Numbered from the stretch's first letter, positions 14,348 through 28,500 are shown. The stretch is 64,000 nt of DNA from Camelus dromedarius (GCF_036321535.1 NC_087437.1:71240001-71304000), one strand, 5' to 3'. Made by a program: numbers and translations. The notes: generated from the sequence alone by a model not told the origin.

Positions 14348-15410
14348 AGCAGCCATTATCAACTTGGCACCCATACACATCTCCTTAAACTGTACCTGGT
14401 CTCCAAATAAAGACAACAACAAAGTGATTATTCCGCCTAATATGATACAGCTACCCAGGATACAACCAAAAATGAACTAACCCCTTTCCTGGAAGAGGAG
14501 GTAAATTCCTTGAGTGATGTTTATTCTTCCCCTTGTATCCCATAACTTAAATGTTATGATGTGAAATTAACAATACTTAAATACCATGACACAGAGTCAG
14601 TACATCTTATGTTACATGATTAGACAATAAGAGAGGAAAGGAAACAAAGATTTGTATACACACAAACATATTCGTTGCAAAATAGGAAGGGAATACTCAT
14701 GACAATTACAGTCTTCAGCTCTGTAACCGGTCAAGTGGGTGTAGCTGGTATTTATAATTACCTTCTTCCACTCCCCACCCTATCCTTTGTCTTCAGCAAG
14801 CATCTCTGCCAGTCGTGGGGGGACCTGAAGGGTCTGGACCGTTAGTAGGCCAGCATGGATTGGGTTGTAGTTTTCCTTTGTCCTTAATCACAGGGCATGG
14901 TAGTACTAAGAGATACCCTGAGGGGTCCTCTGTATTCCAGGCATCGTCTCCCTCACCTCTATTGTGGAGCAGTAGTCCAGTCTTCCCTTAGTAGTCAGGA
15001 CCAATCACGCCAGCCAGCACTTCCTTCTTTATCTGTTGATTCAGATGTATGAGGAGCCCAAAATGACTAGGTGGCAGTTGTAACTTCCAGTTTAATTGAA
15101 CATTGTTGTGTCTCCTTGTAGAAGCTTTTCCCCATTGGGAACCAAGACCTCTAGGCCAACAGAAACATTAAAGGAAAAGGAAGCAAAAATTTTGCTAATA
15201 GTAGTGAGTGGTGCCAATCCCATTTCCACCCCTTGACTCCTGGCCCCCATGAATACTGGCTGTGGGAGAAAAAGAGCACCATGTATATTGAATGCTGACT
15301 CAGAGCATATACAGCCTTCTGAAGAATCTTACCCCAGACCTGCAAGGTATTGCCATCTAGCTGGTGCTGAAGCTGAGTCTTCAAAAGGCCTTTCCACCAT
15401 TCTGGCATTC
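14348..15410 (-). mobile_element. ERV-L internal fragment (3' pol/integrase region)
   Basis: Adjacent to the LTR. Peptide WWKGLLKTQLQHQLDGNTLQVWGKILQKAVYALSQ resembles ERV-L integrase. Confidence 0.8.
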
Positions 15411-15875
15411 CTGAGATACTAAGTTGTTTTGAGAAAATAAAAGTCCTGTGGTCAAAAAACTTTGCTAAATGCTGGTTAATGCCATGTTAAACAAGATTCT
15501 TTATTAGCTGATTTCTCAGAACCTTCAGCATCCTACCAGGAATCAGGAGTTTCCAGAAGAGGGACACAGTGTGCCAAGTAGCCACACATATCTGACCACA
15601 GAACCCTTTTTATAGACCACTCAGTAATTTCGGGTCATGCTACTGTAAAGCAGTGAGACAATTTTAAAAATAAACAGTATAAAAAGTTTCCCCTCTCATA
15701 TATGTTCATTGTAGAACATTGGGGAAATATAAAAAAGATGGAAAAAATACCTATGAACTCAGGAGTGAAGTAACTACTCTTAAAATCTTAGAATACCTAC
15801 TTCTGTTCTTTTTCTCTGTGCAATGCTGTCTTTTAATAGTTAAGTTGATAATTTGTGTGTGTAGGTGTATATAGT

Positions 15876-15998
15876 TTTGGGGGAGGGGATGGGGAAGTAA
15901 TTAGGTTTATTTATTTATTTAATGGCAGTACTGGGGATTGAACCCAGGACCTCTCGCATGCTAAGCATGCACTCTACCACTGAGCTATACCTTCCTCC
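15876..15998 (-). mobile_element. tRNA-derived SINE (camelid Vic-1-like)
   Basis: On -: gtatagctcagtggtagag (A box), ggttcaatccccag (B box) and a (taaa)n segment. Confidence 0.85.
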
Positions 15999-17046
15999 TG
16001 GTATATGTAGTTTTTAAGCTTCTTTTTTCATCTAAGATTTTATCATGAGTATTTTCAACTCATTACTCAGAATCCTTCAAAATCTTTTTATTTATATGTT
16101 GAAGGCCAGTTTTTAAAAACAGCCTTTTTATTCTGGAATACTTTCTCTATTTCTCTGTTGATATTGCTTCCAGGTCCTAGCAATTATGAATTAAGCTGCT
16201 ACAAACATTCACATACAGGTTTTTGTTTGGACGTTAAGTTTTCAGCTAATTTAGGTAAATACCTAGAAGTGTGGTTGCTGGGTAGTGTGCTAAGTCTATG
16301 TTTAACTTTATAGTTAACTGCCAAATTCTCTTCCAAAGTGGCTTTTCCATTTCACATACCCACCAGAAGGTTCCTCTTGTCCCAGCATCCTTGCCAGCAA
16401 TTTTTAATTATTTTTGCATTTTAGCCATTCTAATAGGTGTGTAGTGAGTGGTATCTTACTGTGGTGTTTATTTGCATTTACCAAACAACAAATAATGTTG
16501 AGCATCCTTTTATTTGTTTACTTGCTGTCTCTGTGTCTTATATGGTAAAGTGTCTGTTCAGATCTTTTGCCCATTTTTCACTTGAGTTATTTTCTTATTG
16601 CTGGCCTTTAAGGGTCCTTTATATATTCCAGACCAAGTCCTCTACTAGATATGTGATTGTAAATATTTTCTCCAGTTTGGGGCTTGTATTTTAATTCACT
16701 TAGCAGTGATTTTCACAGAGGAAGAGGTTTAATTTTGATGAAGTCCAATTTATTGAATTTTTTTCTTTCAGTGGATATGCTTTTAGTGTTATATCCAAAA
16801 ACTAATCATCAAACCCAAGTCACTCAGATTTTCTCTTATGTTTTCTTCAAGAAGTTTTTATAGCTTTATGTTATACTTTTAGGTTTATTGTACATTTGGG
16901 GATAATTTTTACATTAGGTATAAAGTATGTGTCATGTTTTTGTTTTTATTTTTGCATATAGACATCCAATTGTCCAGTATTATTTGTTTAGAAAGCTGTC
17001 TTTTCTCTGTTGAATTACATTTATACCTTTGTCAAAAATCATTTGA

Positions 17047-17137
17047 GAGGGAGTGGCAGAGTGTGTGCTTAGCATGCATGAAGTCCTAGGTTCAATCCCC
17101 AGCACCTCCATTAAAATAAATAAATAAATCTTTTTAA
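17047..17137 (+). mobile_element. Shortened Vic-1-like SINE inside the L1
   Basis: B box ggttcaatccccag and (taaa)n tail; flanking TSD aaaaatca(t/g)ttga. Confidence 0.8.
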
Positions 17138-18391
17138 AAAAATCAGTTGACTACATTTGTGTGGGTCTTTTTGGGGGCTCTGTTCTGTTCTGTTGATCTT
17201 TGTGTGTAGTCCTTTGCTGATGCCACATTGTCTTTGATTGCTGTAGCTTTATAATCTTACAATCTCACAGTGTGAATTTTCCCACTTTATTCTTTTTCGG
17301 AATATGGCTATTCTGGTTTCTTGATTTTTCTGTGTAAGTTTTAGAACAATCTTGTCAATATGTACAAAAAAGCTTGCTACATTTGGCACCATGTTGTGAT
17401 TGACTGGGATCATATTGAATCTGTAGATCAAATTGGGAGAATTGACATTTTTACAACATTGAGTCTTTAATCTGTAAACATGGTATAGCTCTCCATTTAT
17501 TTAGATCTTTGATCTGTTTATGAGCTATGTTTGTAGCTTTCCACACATCTTATATATATTTTGTTAGATTTATACCCAGGTACTTCTTTTTGTGATGCTG
17601 TTGTAAATAGTGTCTTTTTAAAATTTCAGATTCTGTTTATTCATTGCTAGTAGGTAGGAACACAATTCATTTTTGTATGTTGACCTTGTATCCTGCAACC
17701 ATGATAAACTCATTAGTTCTAAGAGGTTTTTTTTTAATAGACTTTTTGGAATTTTCTACATAGAGCACCATGTTGTCTGCCAATAAAGGCAGTTTTATTT
17801 CTCCCTTTCTAGTCTGTATACTTTTCTTTCTTTTTCTTGCCTTATTACATTAGCTAGGACTTCCAGTGCAAGGTTGAATAGTAATGAGAGAAGGCATCCT
17901 TGCCTTATTTCAGATCTCAAGGGGAAGACTGAGTGTGGTCACCATTATTGTCATATATGTAATATATTTTACTTTCATATATACTATAAATACCCATCAT
18001 CTTGTTACTGTTATTGCTTTAAACAGTTATATTTTAGTGTAATTAAAAATAAGCTGAAAATTATATTTTACTTCATTTCTTCCATTTCTGATGCTCTTTA
18101 TTTCTTTACGTAGATCTGAGTTTTTAACTATATTGTATTCCTTCTACCTAAAGAACGTCCTTTAACATTTCTTATAGTGTTGGTCTACTGGTAGTGAATT
18201 CCCTTAGTTTTGTTTGTTTGAGGAAGTCTTTATTTCTCCTTCACCTTTGAAGGATATTTTTACTAGGTAAAGAATTCTGGGTTACAGTTATTTTTCTTTC
18301 AACATTTTTAAAATGTGACTCTGTTGTCTTTTTGCTTGTCTGGTTTCTGGCAAGAAGTTTGCTTTAATTCTTATCTTTGTTCCTTTGTAGG

Positions 18392-18792
18392 CATCTTAGT
18401 CTGCTCAGGCTGCCATAACAAAATAGCTCAGAGCAGGTGGCTTAAACAACAGAAATTAATTTTCTCACAGTGCTGGAGGATGGATGTCCAAGGTCAAGGT
18501 GCCAGCATTGTTGGTTTCTGGTGAGAGCGCTTTTTCTGGTATATAGTAGGTCACCTTCTCACCACATCATCCCGTGTCCTTTCCGCAGTGCATGCACACA
18601 GATGGAGAGATAGAGTATGTCAACTCTCTGGTGTCTCTTTTATAAGGATACAATCCCACCCTGCAGGACTTCATTTACCTTAATTACTTCTTTAGAGGCC
18701 CCATGTCCAAATACAGCCACACGTAGTCGGGGTGGGGGTTAGGGCATGAATATATGAATCTGGAGGGGAACACAAACATTAAGTTCATAATA
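18392..18792 (-). mobile_element. MLT1-type MaLR solo LTR
   Basis: Motif ggctgccataacaaaata...ggtggcttaaacaacagaaatt; 5-bp TSD GTAGG on both sides. Confidence 0.85.
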
Positions 18793-20469
18793 GTAGGTAA
18801 CATGGGTTTTTCCCCTCAGCTGCCTTCCAGATTTTTTCTGTCTTTGTTTTTTAGTAGATTGAATATGATGTCTAGGTGTAGTTTGTTTGTTTTCCCTTCT
18901 TGGTGATCTTTAAGTTCCGTGGGTATGTGGTTTTGTGTCTCGCAGTAACTTTAGGACTTATTTACCCATTATTTCTTGAAATGCTTTACCTGTCTCATTT
19001 TTTTCCTTTTCCTTCTCGGATTCCAGTTATGCTTGTATTACATTGTTTGATATTGTCCCACAGCTCTTGGATGCTCTGTTGTTTTTTTCACTCTTTTTTT
19101 TCTCTTTGCGTTTCAGTTTGTGTGATTTCTATTGCCCTAACTTCAAGTTACGTGATTCTTTCCTCAGCTGTGTCAAGTCTAGCGATAAGCACATTGAAGG
19201 CCCTCTTGGTTACCATGTGTTTTTGATTTCTAGCATTTTCATTTGACTATTATAGTTTCCATGTCTCTGGTAAAATTACCTATCTGATCTTAAATGATGA
19301 CCACCTTTTCCACTGGAGTCTTTAATATTATCGTAAGTTATGTAAAACTTCCTCTCTGATAGTTCCAACATCTCTGTCATATTTGAGTCTTGTTCTGATA
19401 GTTACTTTATCTTTTCAGACTATGTTTATCTCTTGTCTTTTGATATCTTATTTTTGTTGTTGTTGAAAGCCAGACATATTGTACAGGGCAATAGAAACTG
19501 AGATAAATGAGCCATTAGTAGTGGAGATTTGTGTTAATCTAGCCAGGAGTTGGGCTATGTTGGAGGTTGTTGTTTCTGTGGTTACCATTGTTGAGGTTTG
19601 TTGTTGCTATGGGCATCATAGACTTCAGTTTTTGCTAGTGATTTTTTTTTTTTTTTTTGTCTCCTCTTTTGGCTGTAGGTCTTTCTTTCTGCTGGTCCCC
19701 AGAACGAGTCTTTCTCTTGCAGTTCTTCAGCTGTACTCCACTGTTACTACTAGAGGTTTGCTAGTGTGCTGGTGGGCTGTGGATGAGGGGAGCATTCTCT
19801 AACGTTCTGATTAAGTCTCACTCTTTGGAGTGCACCGTATTGGGCATTCAGAAGAATTTCTGCTGCTCTCTAGAGGTAGAGCCTTTCCCTGGCCCTGTGT
19901 TCCCTCCTTTCAGTATCCAGTGTCTCAGTCTGTGACCTTAAAGCTCTTCCCTCTGTGAGGTTCCTCCTTCACTTAGGTGAGATACGGAAGCTAGTCTAGG
20001 CAGAGTTCCCTTCCTCCAGCTGGAGTGGCATTACACTAGTGCTTTCACGTGATGCTGCTTGCAGGTGAAGCCAGAGAAAAGAGTCTGGGCAGATTTTTCA
20101 GTGGTTGGTGTTGCTTTCTGCCAACCAGAATCACAGTGGGAACTCTGGATTTTCCCTGATCCTCTCTGTGAGAGCCTCGTGGATTTCTAGAGCAAAAAGG
20201 TGGGAATTTCCCTATGACTGTGACCCCTAGGAACTTCACCCTTCTAATGCCTGCCCACCCTTGGCTTGCAGCAAGTCACCAAAATTTAATCATCTTACTG
20301 GCTCGTGGTGTAGGATAGCTTCTGCCTCAGATACACAAATGTTTAGGTGTTGTGTCTCCCTGAAGGTGCCTGTTTCCAGATTTGGGGATGGCTTCAGTTC
20401 TCTGATTGGTTCAGAAAAAGTCACAAATTTGCTGTCTGTCCAGCTTTGTTCTTGCTGGAAGCAAACTGC

Positions 20470-21510
20470 TTATACAGAGCAAGAAGGATGAGAAATACAT
20501 TACTAGCTAATAGGTTGTTCTATTTCTCTTACTGTATCAAGGCCAAATCTTTTCTTTTTTTGGAAAGGTAAAATGTAACTTCAGTCTATAATAATAGACA
20601 AAATGATTTTGTCACATGGACTAGTTTCCATTTTATAAATCAACTGTTTGTAGCTGCCTCAAATGAGATAGATGCATTTATAGATTGGCTGTGTTTGAGC
20701 TTTCCTTGCAAGCAGCTTTAGATCTAAAATGCACTTGCTAATTGTCTTCTTTTGCTTCTGGGCAAAGATGCTCTGCGCAAGGTGTTTCTCTACCCAGTTT
20801 TTCATGTGGTTGTATTCTTTTTGATACATCATTTTCTGCACAGGCGATTCTTTACCTCCTTGTATACTTTATATAGTTGTTACCAGTTAGCAATCTCCAA
20901 GGCCATAGCGGTGTTATTCTTCTGACCATCAAGAAGATAATGACACTTCTGAACCAGTGCCTGCTGTGAATTTTCCAAATCCGTTGCATCCTGGATGAGT
21001 TTGATGGAAGCCTGCTTCATCTCTTCTAGGTGGGCAGTTTTTTGCTCTTTGAGTTTATTAGCAAATTGTACAACAGAGGGACCATATTTTCTCATTACAT
21101 AGATGAGCAAACCTACTGTTTGATATGATAGAAAAGGTCTCTAGGGAATCACATATATTTATTTGGATAGAAAATACAAGATAAGTCCTGTGACACCAGT
21201 TTTAAGATAAAGGAACTAGAAGAATCCCGCAGGGATAAGCCCATGACAAAGTCCTCCATGTTCAGGAAGAAGTGGTTCAGGGTCAAGACTGACTGCCCCC
21301 TGGGAAAGATTCTTGTTACCTGCAATTCCCCTGGACCTGGAAATGCTGCATTCTTCAAAGAGGGGGCCACAGTAGTGATGACAGGAAGTACCACCTGCAG
21401 CAGCATGGTCACTGGTGGTCCAAGTGGTGGCTTAATGTCCCTGTGACCCTGACAGGATAGCCTGTCGAGTGCAGCAGTAAGATAGCCACTCACAGGTCTC
21501 CCACAGTGAC
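20470..21510 (-). pseudogene. ATP5PB: Processed pseudogene of ATP synthase peripheral stalk subunit b (ATP5PB/ATP5F1)
   Basis: Intronless, with ATG at 21406. Recognisable blocks include APSLKNAAFPGPG, KYGPSVVQFANKLKEQK, NNTAMALE and NWVEKHLAQSI...DLKLLARKAQTQP. It has frameshifts, in-frame stops and UTR-like flanks. Confidence 0.93.
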
Positions 21511-21724
21511 CTTTTGAAAATAAAAATCTGAATTCCTTTTAACATCCTATTGCTTTATTTTTATTAAAACCTTACTTTTTAGAAATACTTATCAGTAACT
21601 TTTATGGGTGTATAAATGTGCTTTTCATTGATAGACAGTTGGTCAAGTTTATGGTTGAAAAGATAAATTCATTAGAGAAAACCAGGCAGGATGTGAAGTC
21701 TTTCATGATTGCCTAACAAGCATA

Positions 21725-22760
21725 TTTATATTCATTTAACAAATGTCTGTAGAGCACCTACTATGTGCTCAACATTGTCCTAGGTAGCAGAATAGAGCAG
21801 TAGAGAAGACAGACCGTAGCCCTGCCCTCGCAAGTCTTATGTGCTAGTTGTGGAAAACAGGCAGTAAGCAAGCCAACAACTAAAGAAGTAGAGAGGGAGA
21901 GGTATGGTGGGGAAAGCAACATGGGAAAGGCCTCTCTGAAGAAACGATGTTTGAGCTGCCAGATGCTGAGGAGGCCTCTGCCAAGGTCCACTCGGGGCCT
22001 TGAGAGATGTTGAATGTGAGATGCCTGTTGGACATCCAAATGGATACATCTAATAGGCAGCTGAATATATAAGCCTGGACATAAAGATTGTAGTAAGGAA
22101 TCTGGGAGTCAACAACATGTCAATGTTTTTAATGCTCTGGAAGTGAATGAAATCAACTTGGGACATAGTCTGGAGAGAGAGAGAGAAGAAATATGAGGAT
22201 TTAAGACCAAGTCCTAGAGTATATGAATAATTACTCAGAGGATGAGGAGCTAATGAGATAGAAAACCTGGAGAATCTTCCGTTGAGAAGCTGAGAGGACA
22301 AAGTATTTCTGGTAACAGGTGACGGTGGTTAACCAGGCTACATTCTGCTGGATTCAATTAAAAAGAGGATAGACAAGTGACACTTTGATTTGGCAATCTG
22401 GAGATTATTCATGACATAGACAGGAGTGTTTTCAGTGGAGTTGCTCGGAAGAAAGCCCTATTCCAGGGAGCTGAGGAGAGAATAGGAGGTGAGGAAACAG
22501 AGACCATGCATGTAATAGGGGTCACATGGGATCAAAGAAGGATTTGTTTCTGTTGATGATTGGGATTTTTTTTTGGTGGTGGTTTGTTTTTTAAAGATGG
22601 GAAATACTAGCACATATTTGCATGTTAATGGGAATGATCTAGTAGTGAGGGAGAAATTCATGATTTCAAGAGAGCAAAAACTATAAATTACAGGAGTACA
22701 TAAGTGGGAATATGTTCCAGAACACAATGGAAGGGTGGCTTTAATGGATGGAAAGCGGAG
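21725..22760 (-). mobile_element. LINE-2 fragments
   Basis: L2 3' end motif ttcatttaacaaatg...gagcacctactatgtgc and tgagatgcctgttggacatccaa. Confidence 0.7.
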
Positions 22761-22842
22761 AGTGCAGGAGTGGTGTCAACTGCCCTGTATGATTCTTAAT
22801 TCTTGCTGTAATTCCTTGTTTGTCTTTCAAAGCAGTAGTGAG

Positions 22843-22844
<2 letters not shown>

Positions 22845-22876
<32 letters not shown>
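22845..22876. repeat. (CA)n microsatellite
   Basis: Read directly. Confidence 0.9.
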
Positions 22877-22879
<3 letters not shown>

Positions 22880-23819
22880 TATACATTTATATATGGATAT
22901 ATTATATATGGATATGTGTAAATATATTCATTCAAATGAGTCTTATTTGTTGCATGTCATTTGCTGAATAGTTCAAATCAGAAAGACACTGTGATTTTGT
23001 ATCCCTTTTCAGCCTAAGTGAATTTTGCTCTATGAAACCCTGGCTGCATAGATCCCCAATGTAAGTGCCATCTCAAAGCAGACAGCATCATTTCATGCAA
23101 TCCTCCCAGTAAATCTTAAACGCGTGTGTTATAAACATTCTACATACAAGGAAATGAAAAGTATAATAATACTAATGAAATACAATCAACTTTATTGAGG
23201 AATCCTTAATCAAGGGAGGAAATACACATTTAAATTAAATTTCTGTGTAAGAATACAAAATTTTGACTAAAGCAGATCTCTGATTTATTAAATATTTTTC
23301 TATTTTTCCATGGAAAAGTAGACTTTTAAAAAGGCTATTTTTCCCCACAAGCCATCACAAATGGTTTTCTTTTGGAGCCTAAAACACCAGCGGTAGAGTT
23401 GTAATTCTAGGGAGATCACTTAGGTGTGCTTGTGAACAGGGTTGGCCAAGCCATAGAGCTTCTGCAGAGGCTTACTGTCTGTGTTAGGTTCCTGTCTGCA
23501 GGTTGCAACTGCTGCCTCAGTGCTGCAGGGACATTTAAGTGGATGTGAAAATGGCCAGTTTTTGTTTTCTTCGTTACTTAGCCCTCCACTTCCTCTTGCT
23601 AGTCATAAGAAAATTCTCATAAATAATTTTTATTTCTGGCCATACAATTCAATATCTCAAGCATCTGTAATAAAGGTTATAAAGGTAATTTTGGTTTAAT
23701 GCTTTAGAAAATATGGAAATTTCATATTCATTGAGGAATTGGTACAGACACAGGTAGTTTAGATTGGAAGATAGAGCAAATCTCCCTTCCATATTAGAAA
23801 TGTTCCAATGACTTCTCTA

Positions 23820-24900
23820 TTTTTTCTTTATTGAAGTATAATCAGTTTACATTGTTGTGTCAATTTCTGATGTACAGCAGAATGTTTCCATCATACATAT
23901 ACATACAAATATTCCTTTTCATATTCTTTTCCATTATAGGTTACCACAAAATATGGAATATAGTTCCCTGTGCTGTATGGTAGAAACTTACTGTTTATCT
24001 ATTTTATATATATTAGTATCTGCAGATCTTAAACTCGCAGTTTATCTCTTCCCACCCCCTCCCCCCGGTAACCATAAGTTTGTTCTCTATGTCTGTGAGT
24101 CTGTTTCTGTTTTGTAAATAAGTTCATTTGTGTCTTTTTTTAGATTCCACTTATAAGTGATATCATATGGTATTTTTTTTCTCTTTCTGGCTTACTTCAC
24201 TTAGAATGACAATCTCCAGGTCCATCCATGTTGCTGCAAATGGCATTATTTTGTTCTTTTATGGCTGAGTAGTATTCCATTGTGTGTGTGTGTGCACATA
24301 TATAAATATATATATGTAGTCTCAACTTCTTTATCCATTCATCTATGGATGGACATTTAGGTTGTTTCCATGCCTTGGCTGTTGTAAATAGTGCTGCTAT
24401 GAACTTTGGGGTGCATGTGTCTTTTTGAATTATAGTTTTCTCCAAATATATGCCCAGGAGTGGGATTGCTGGATCATATGGTAAGTCTATTTTTTTTAAG
24501 GAACCTCTGTTTAAGTTTTTTAAGTGGCTGCACCGATTTACATTCCCACCAACAGTGTAGGATTCCCTTTCACCACATCCTCTCCAGCATTTTTTTATTT
24601 TTAATGATGTCTGTTCTGACTGATGTGAGGTGATACCTCATCGTAGTTTTGATTTGCATTTCTCTGATAACTAGTGATATTGAGCATCTTTTCACATGCC
24701 TGTTGGCCATCTGGATGTCTTCTTTGGAGAAATGTCTGTTGAGTTCTTTTGCCCATTTTTTTATTGGACTGCTTGGGGTTTTTTTTGCTATTAAGCTGTA
24801 TGAGCTTTTTGTATATTTTGGAAATTAGTCCCTTGTCGGTCACATCATTGGCAAATAGTTTCACCCATTCTGTAGGTGTCTTTTCGTTTTATTGATGGTC
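23820..24900 (-). mobile_element. 5'-truncated LINE-1
   Basis: ORF2 C-terminal peptides QKDTCTPKFIAALFT and [16 protein letters not shown], plus 3'UTR. Confidence 0.9.
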
Positions 24901-25511
24901 TCTTTTTTTTTTCTCAGAGAAGGTTTGGACAATTAGGTAGCTTGTCAGAACCAGCCAATTCACAACAGTTTTCTTGAAGTGAAATTGTGGGAAATAAAGA
25001 AAAAGAAGCTTAAAATAAGTGTTTTTTGTGTATTTACTGCATAGATGACAACTACTGTGAAGACAGTCTAAAGTCTTTGTTTTTGCTCTGTGACTTGCAT
25101 GAGTGACACTAGACTTTTAATGCAGTATGGAGTATTTTAAAATTTGAATAAGGTTATTTATATATAAATTTCTACCCCATAATCTGAAGGAAGGGGCTAT
25201 ATTGCTAGGTTGCCCATAACAGTGAGGGAAAAATACGGATTGCTCCCCTAACTGAGTGTTTTCCTTTCTAGTAACTTGCTGAGATGTAAATCATTCTGTG
25301 AATAATGCTGAATAAATCCAAGGATGTGCATAGCCCTGATTCTTGTAGGATTCATGAAGAACTTTTCTTCACTCTCTTGGCAGAATTGTTTCCTTTTTTT
25401 TTAATGCTCCAGAGTTATGTTACTATGATTAACATAATTTTTAGTGGTTATATATTCAAATTAAATTAATTAGCTATTTGTTGAGTCTTTAGATCATTGC
25501 ATCTTTACTTT

Positions 25512-28500
25512 TTCTTCAGCTTTATTGAGGTGTAATTGACAAAATTGTAAGATAAAATGTACATACATATACGATAATTTGATATACGTATGCATTATAA
25601 AAGGATTCCTATCAAGTTAATTAATATATCTATCACCTCATATATTTTCTGTGTATGAATAAGGTCTGACGACCTAATGTATAACATGGTGACTATAGTT
25701 GATAATATTGTATTGTATAGTTGAAATTTACTAAGAGAGGAGAACACTTAAGTTCTCTTAAGAAGGATTTCTCCCACCCCTCAGGCACAACCATCCTACT
25801 CTGTTTCTATAAGTTCAACCTGTTTTGTTTTTTTTTTTTCCCTAAGATTCCACATATAAGTGAACCACTTAGTATTTCTTCTTCTCTGTCTGGCTTATTT
25901 TACTGAGCATAATACCCTCAAGGTTTATCCATATTATCAACAATGGCAGGATTTCCTTTTTAAGGGCTGAATAATATTCCACTGTATATTTTTTAGTGCT
26001 TTTTTAATCCATTCATACATCAATGGATACCTAGTTTGTTTCCATTCCTTGGCTACTGTGTATAATGCTGCAACACGCATGGAAGTACAGAGATATCTTT
26101 GAGATAGTGATTTTGTTTCCTATAGATATATACTCAGGAGTAGGATTGCTGGATAATATGGTAGTTCTATTTTTAATTTCTTAAAGAACCTCCATCTGTT
26201 TTCCATAGTGATTGTACCAGTTTACATTCCCCAACAGTGAACAAGGGGTTCACTTTTCTCCACATCACTGGCATTTGTTACCTCTTGTCTTTTTGATCAT
26301 AGCCATCCTAACAGGTGTGAGGTGATAGTTCATTGTGGTTTTGATTCGCATATCCCTGATGATTAGTGATGTTGAGCACCTTTTCACGTACCTTTTGGCC
26401 ATTTGTATGTCTTCTTTGGACCAAATGTCTATTCAGATCCTTTACCCATTTTTTTCAAATGAGTTATATGGGGTTTTTTGCTACTGAGTTATATGAGTTA
26501 TATTTTGGATATTAACCCTTTATTGGATATGTGGTTACAAATATTTTTCCTATTCCATAGGTTGCCTTTTCATTTTGTTGTTAATTTTTTTTTTTTTTTT
26601 TTTTGCTGTACAAAATGTTTTTTAGTTTGATATAGTCTTGCTTATTTATTTTGGCTTTTGTTACCTTTGCTTTTGGTGTAAAATCCAAGATTACGATTAC
26701 CAATTCGGTCTCCTTACTAGTAATTGGTCTGTTCAGATTTTCTAATTCTTTGTGATCCATGTTTCTAGAATATATCTATTTTTTCTAGGTTATCTAACTT
26801 TTTGCCATTTAATTTTTCATAGTATTTTTATGATTCTTAGTGTCTCTCAGTTATCTGTTGTAATGTCTTCTCTTTCATTTCTGATTTTATTTGTCTTCTG
26901 TATGAACTTTTTTTCTTAGTCTAGCTAAAGATTTGTCTATTTTGTTTATCCTTTTTTAAAAAAACCAGCTCTTAGTTTCTTTGATCTTTTCAATTGCCGT
27001 TCTATCTCTGTTTCATTTATTTCTGCTCTGATCTTTATTCCTTCCTACTACTAACTTTGGGTTTAATTTGTTCTTCTTCTAGGTCCTTGAGGTGTATAGT
27101 TAGGTTGTTTTTTTGAGAGCTTTCTTTTTTCTTAATGTAAGCATTTAAACTTCCCTCATAGAACTGCTTTTGCTACATCCCATAAGTTTTGGTATGTTGT
27201 GTTCCCATTTTCATTTGTGTCATTTTTTAATTTTCCTTTTGGTTCCTTATTTGACCCATTGATTGTTCACAAGCATGTTGTCAAATCTCCACATATTTGT
27301 GAATTTTCCGGTTTTCCTCTTGTAATTGATTTCTAATTTCATTACATTGTATTTGGAAAATACGCTTGATATGATTTCAGTCTTTTATAATTTATTGAGA
27401 CTTGTTTTGTGGCCTAACATCCTGGAGAATGTTCCATGTACACTTGTACACTGCTGCTGTTGGATGAAATGTTCTGTGTATGTGTTAAGTCCCTCTGGTC
27501 TAATGTGTCATTTAAGTCCAACATTTCCTTGCTGATTTTCTGCCTAGAAGATCAGTTGTGTAAAGTGGGTCCCCTACCATGATGGTATTGCTGCCTAGTT
27601 CTCCCTTCAAAATGTGAGTATTTGCTTTATTTAGGTGCTCCAATGTTGGGTGCATAAATATTAAAATAATTTAAAATCCTCTTGATGAATTGACCCCTTT
27701 ATCATGATATAATGACCTTCTTTGTCTCTTGTTAATAGTTTTTGGCTTAATGTCTATATTGTCTGATATAATTATAACTACCCCTGCTCTCTTTTGGTTC
27801 CCATTTGCATGGAATATCTTTTCCCATCCCTTCAATTTCAGTCTATATGTATCCTTAAGGCTGAAGTGAGCCTCTCATAGAAAGCATATAGTTGGGTCTT
27901 GTTTTTTTTTTTAACCCATTCAGCTACTCTGTCTTTGAATGAAGAATTTAATTTATGTACATTGAAAATAATTATTAATAGGTGTATAATTGCTATGGCC
28001 ACTTTGTTAATTATTTTCTAACAGTTTTGTGGTTCCTTTGTTTCTTTCTTCCTCTCTTGCTTTATTCCTGTATGTTTGGATGATTCTCAGTAGTGATATA
28101 CTTTGATTCCTTTCTCTTTGTATTTTTTGCATCTACTGTATGTTTATGCTTTGTGGTTATCATGAGGTTTAAATAAAACATTTTGTAGTTATAATAGTCT
28201 ATTTTAAGCTGATTACTTTGAATGCATACAAAAGCTTTACATTTTTACACTTCATCCCCTCCCCAGTTTATGTGCTTAATGTCACAATTTACATCTCTTT
28301 ATATTGTGTATCCATTAACAAATTACTTTAGTTATAGTTATTTTTAATACTTTTGTCTTTTAACCTACCCTAGAGTTTTAAGTGATTCACCCACCCACCA
28401 TCATTACAATATTAAGAATGTTCTGAATTTAACTATATGTTTACCTTTCCCAGTAAGTTTATACTTCCATATGTTTTCATATTACTAATTCGTATCCTTT

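Larger units (their letters stand above)
16155..20460 (-). mobile_element. Old fragmented LINE-1 (ORF2 3' part, then ORF1/5' region), interrupted by a SINE and an MLT1
   Basis: Decayed ORF2 peptides (IYRFNMIPV..., FFVHIDKIVLKL) and L1M-like 5' sequence. Confidence 0.75.
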
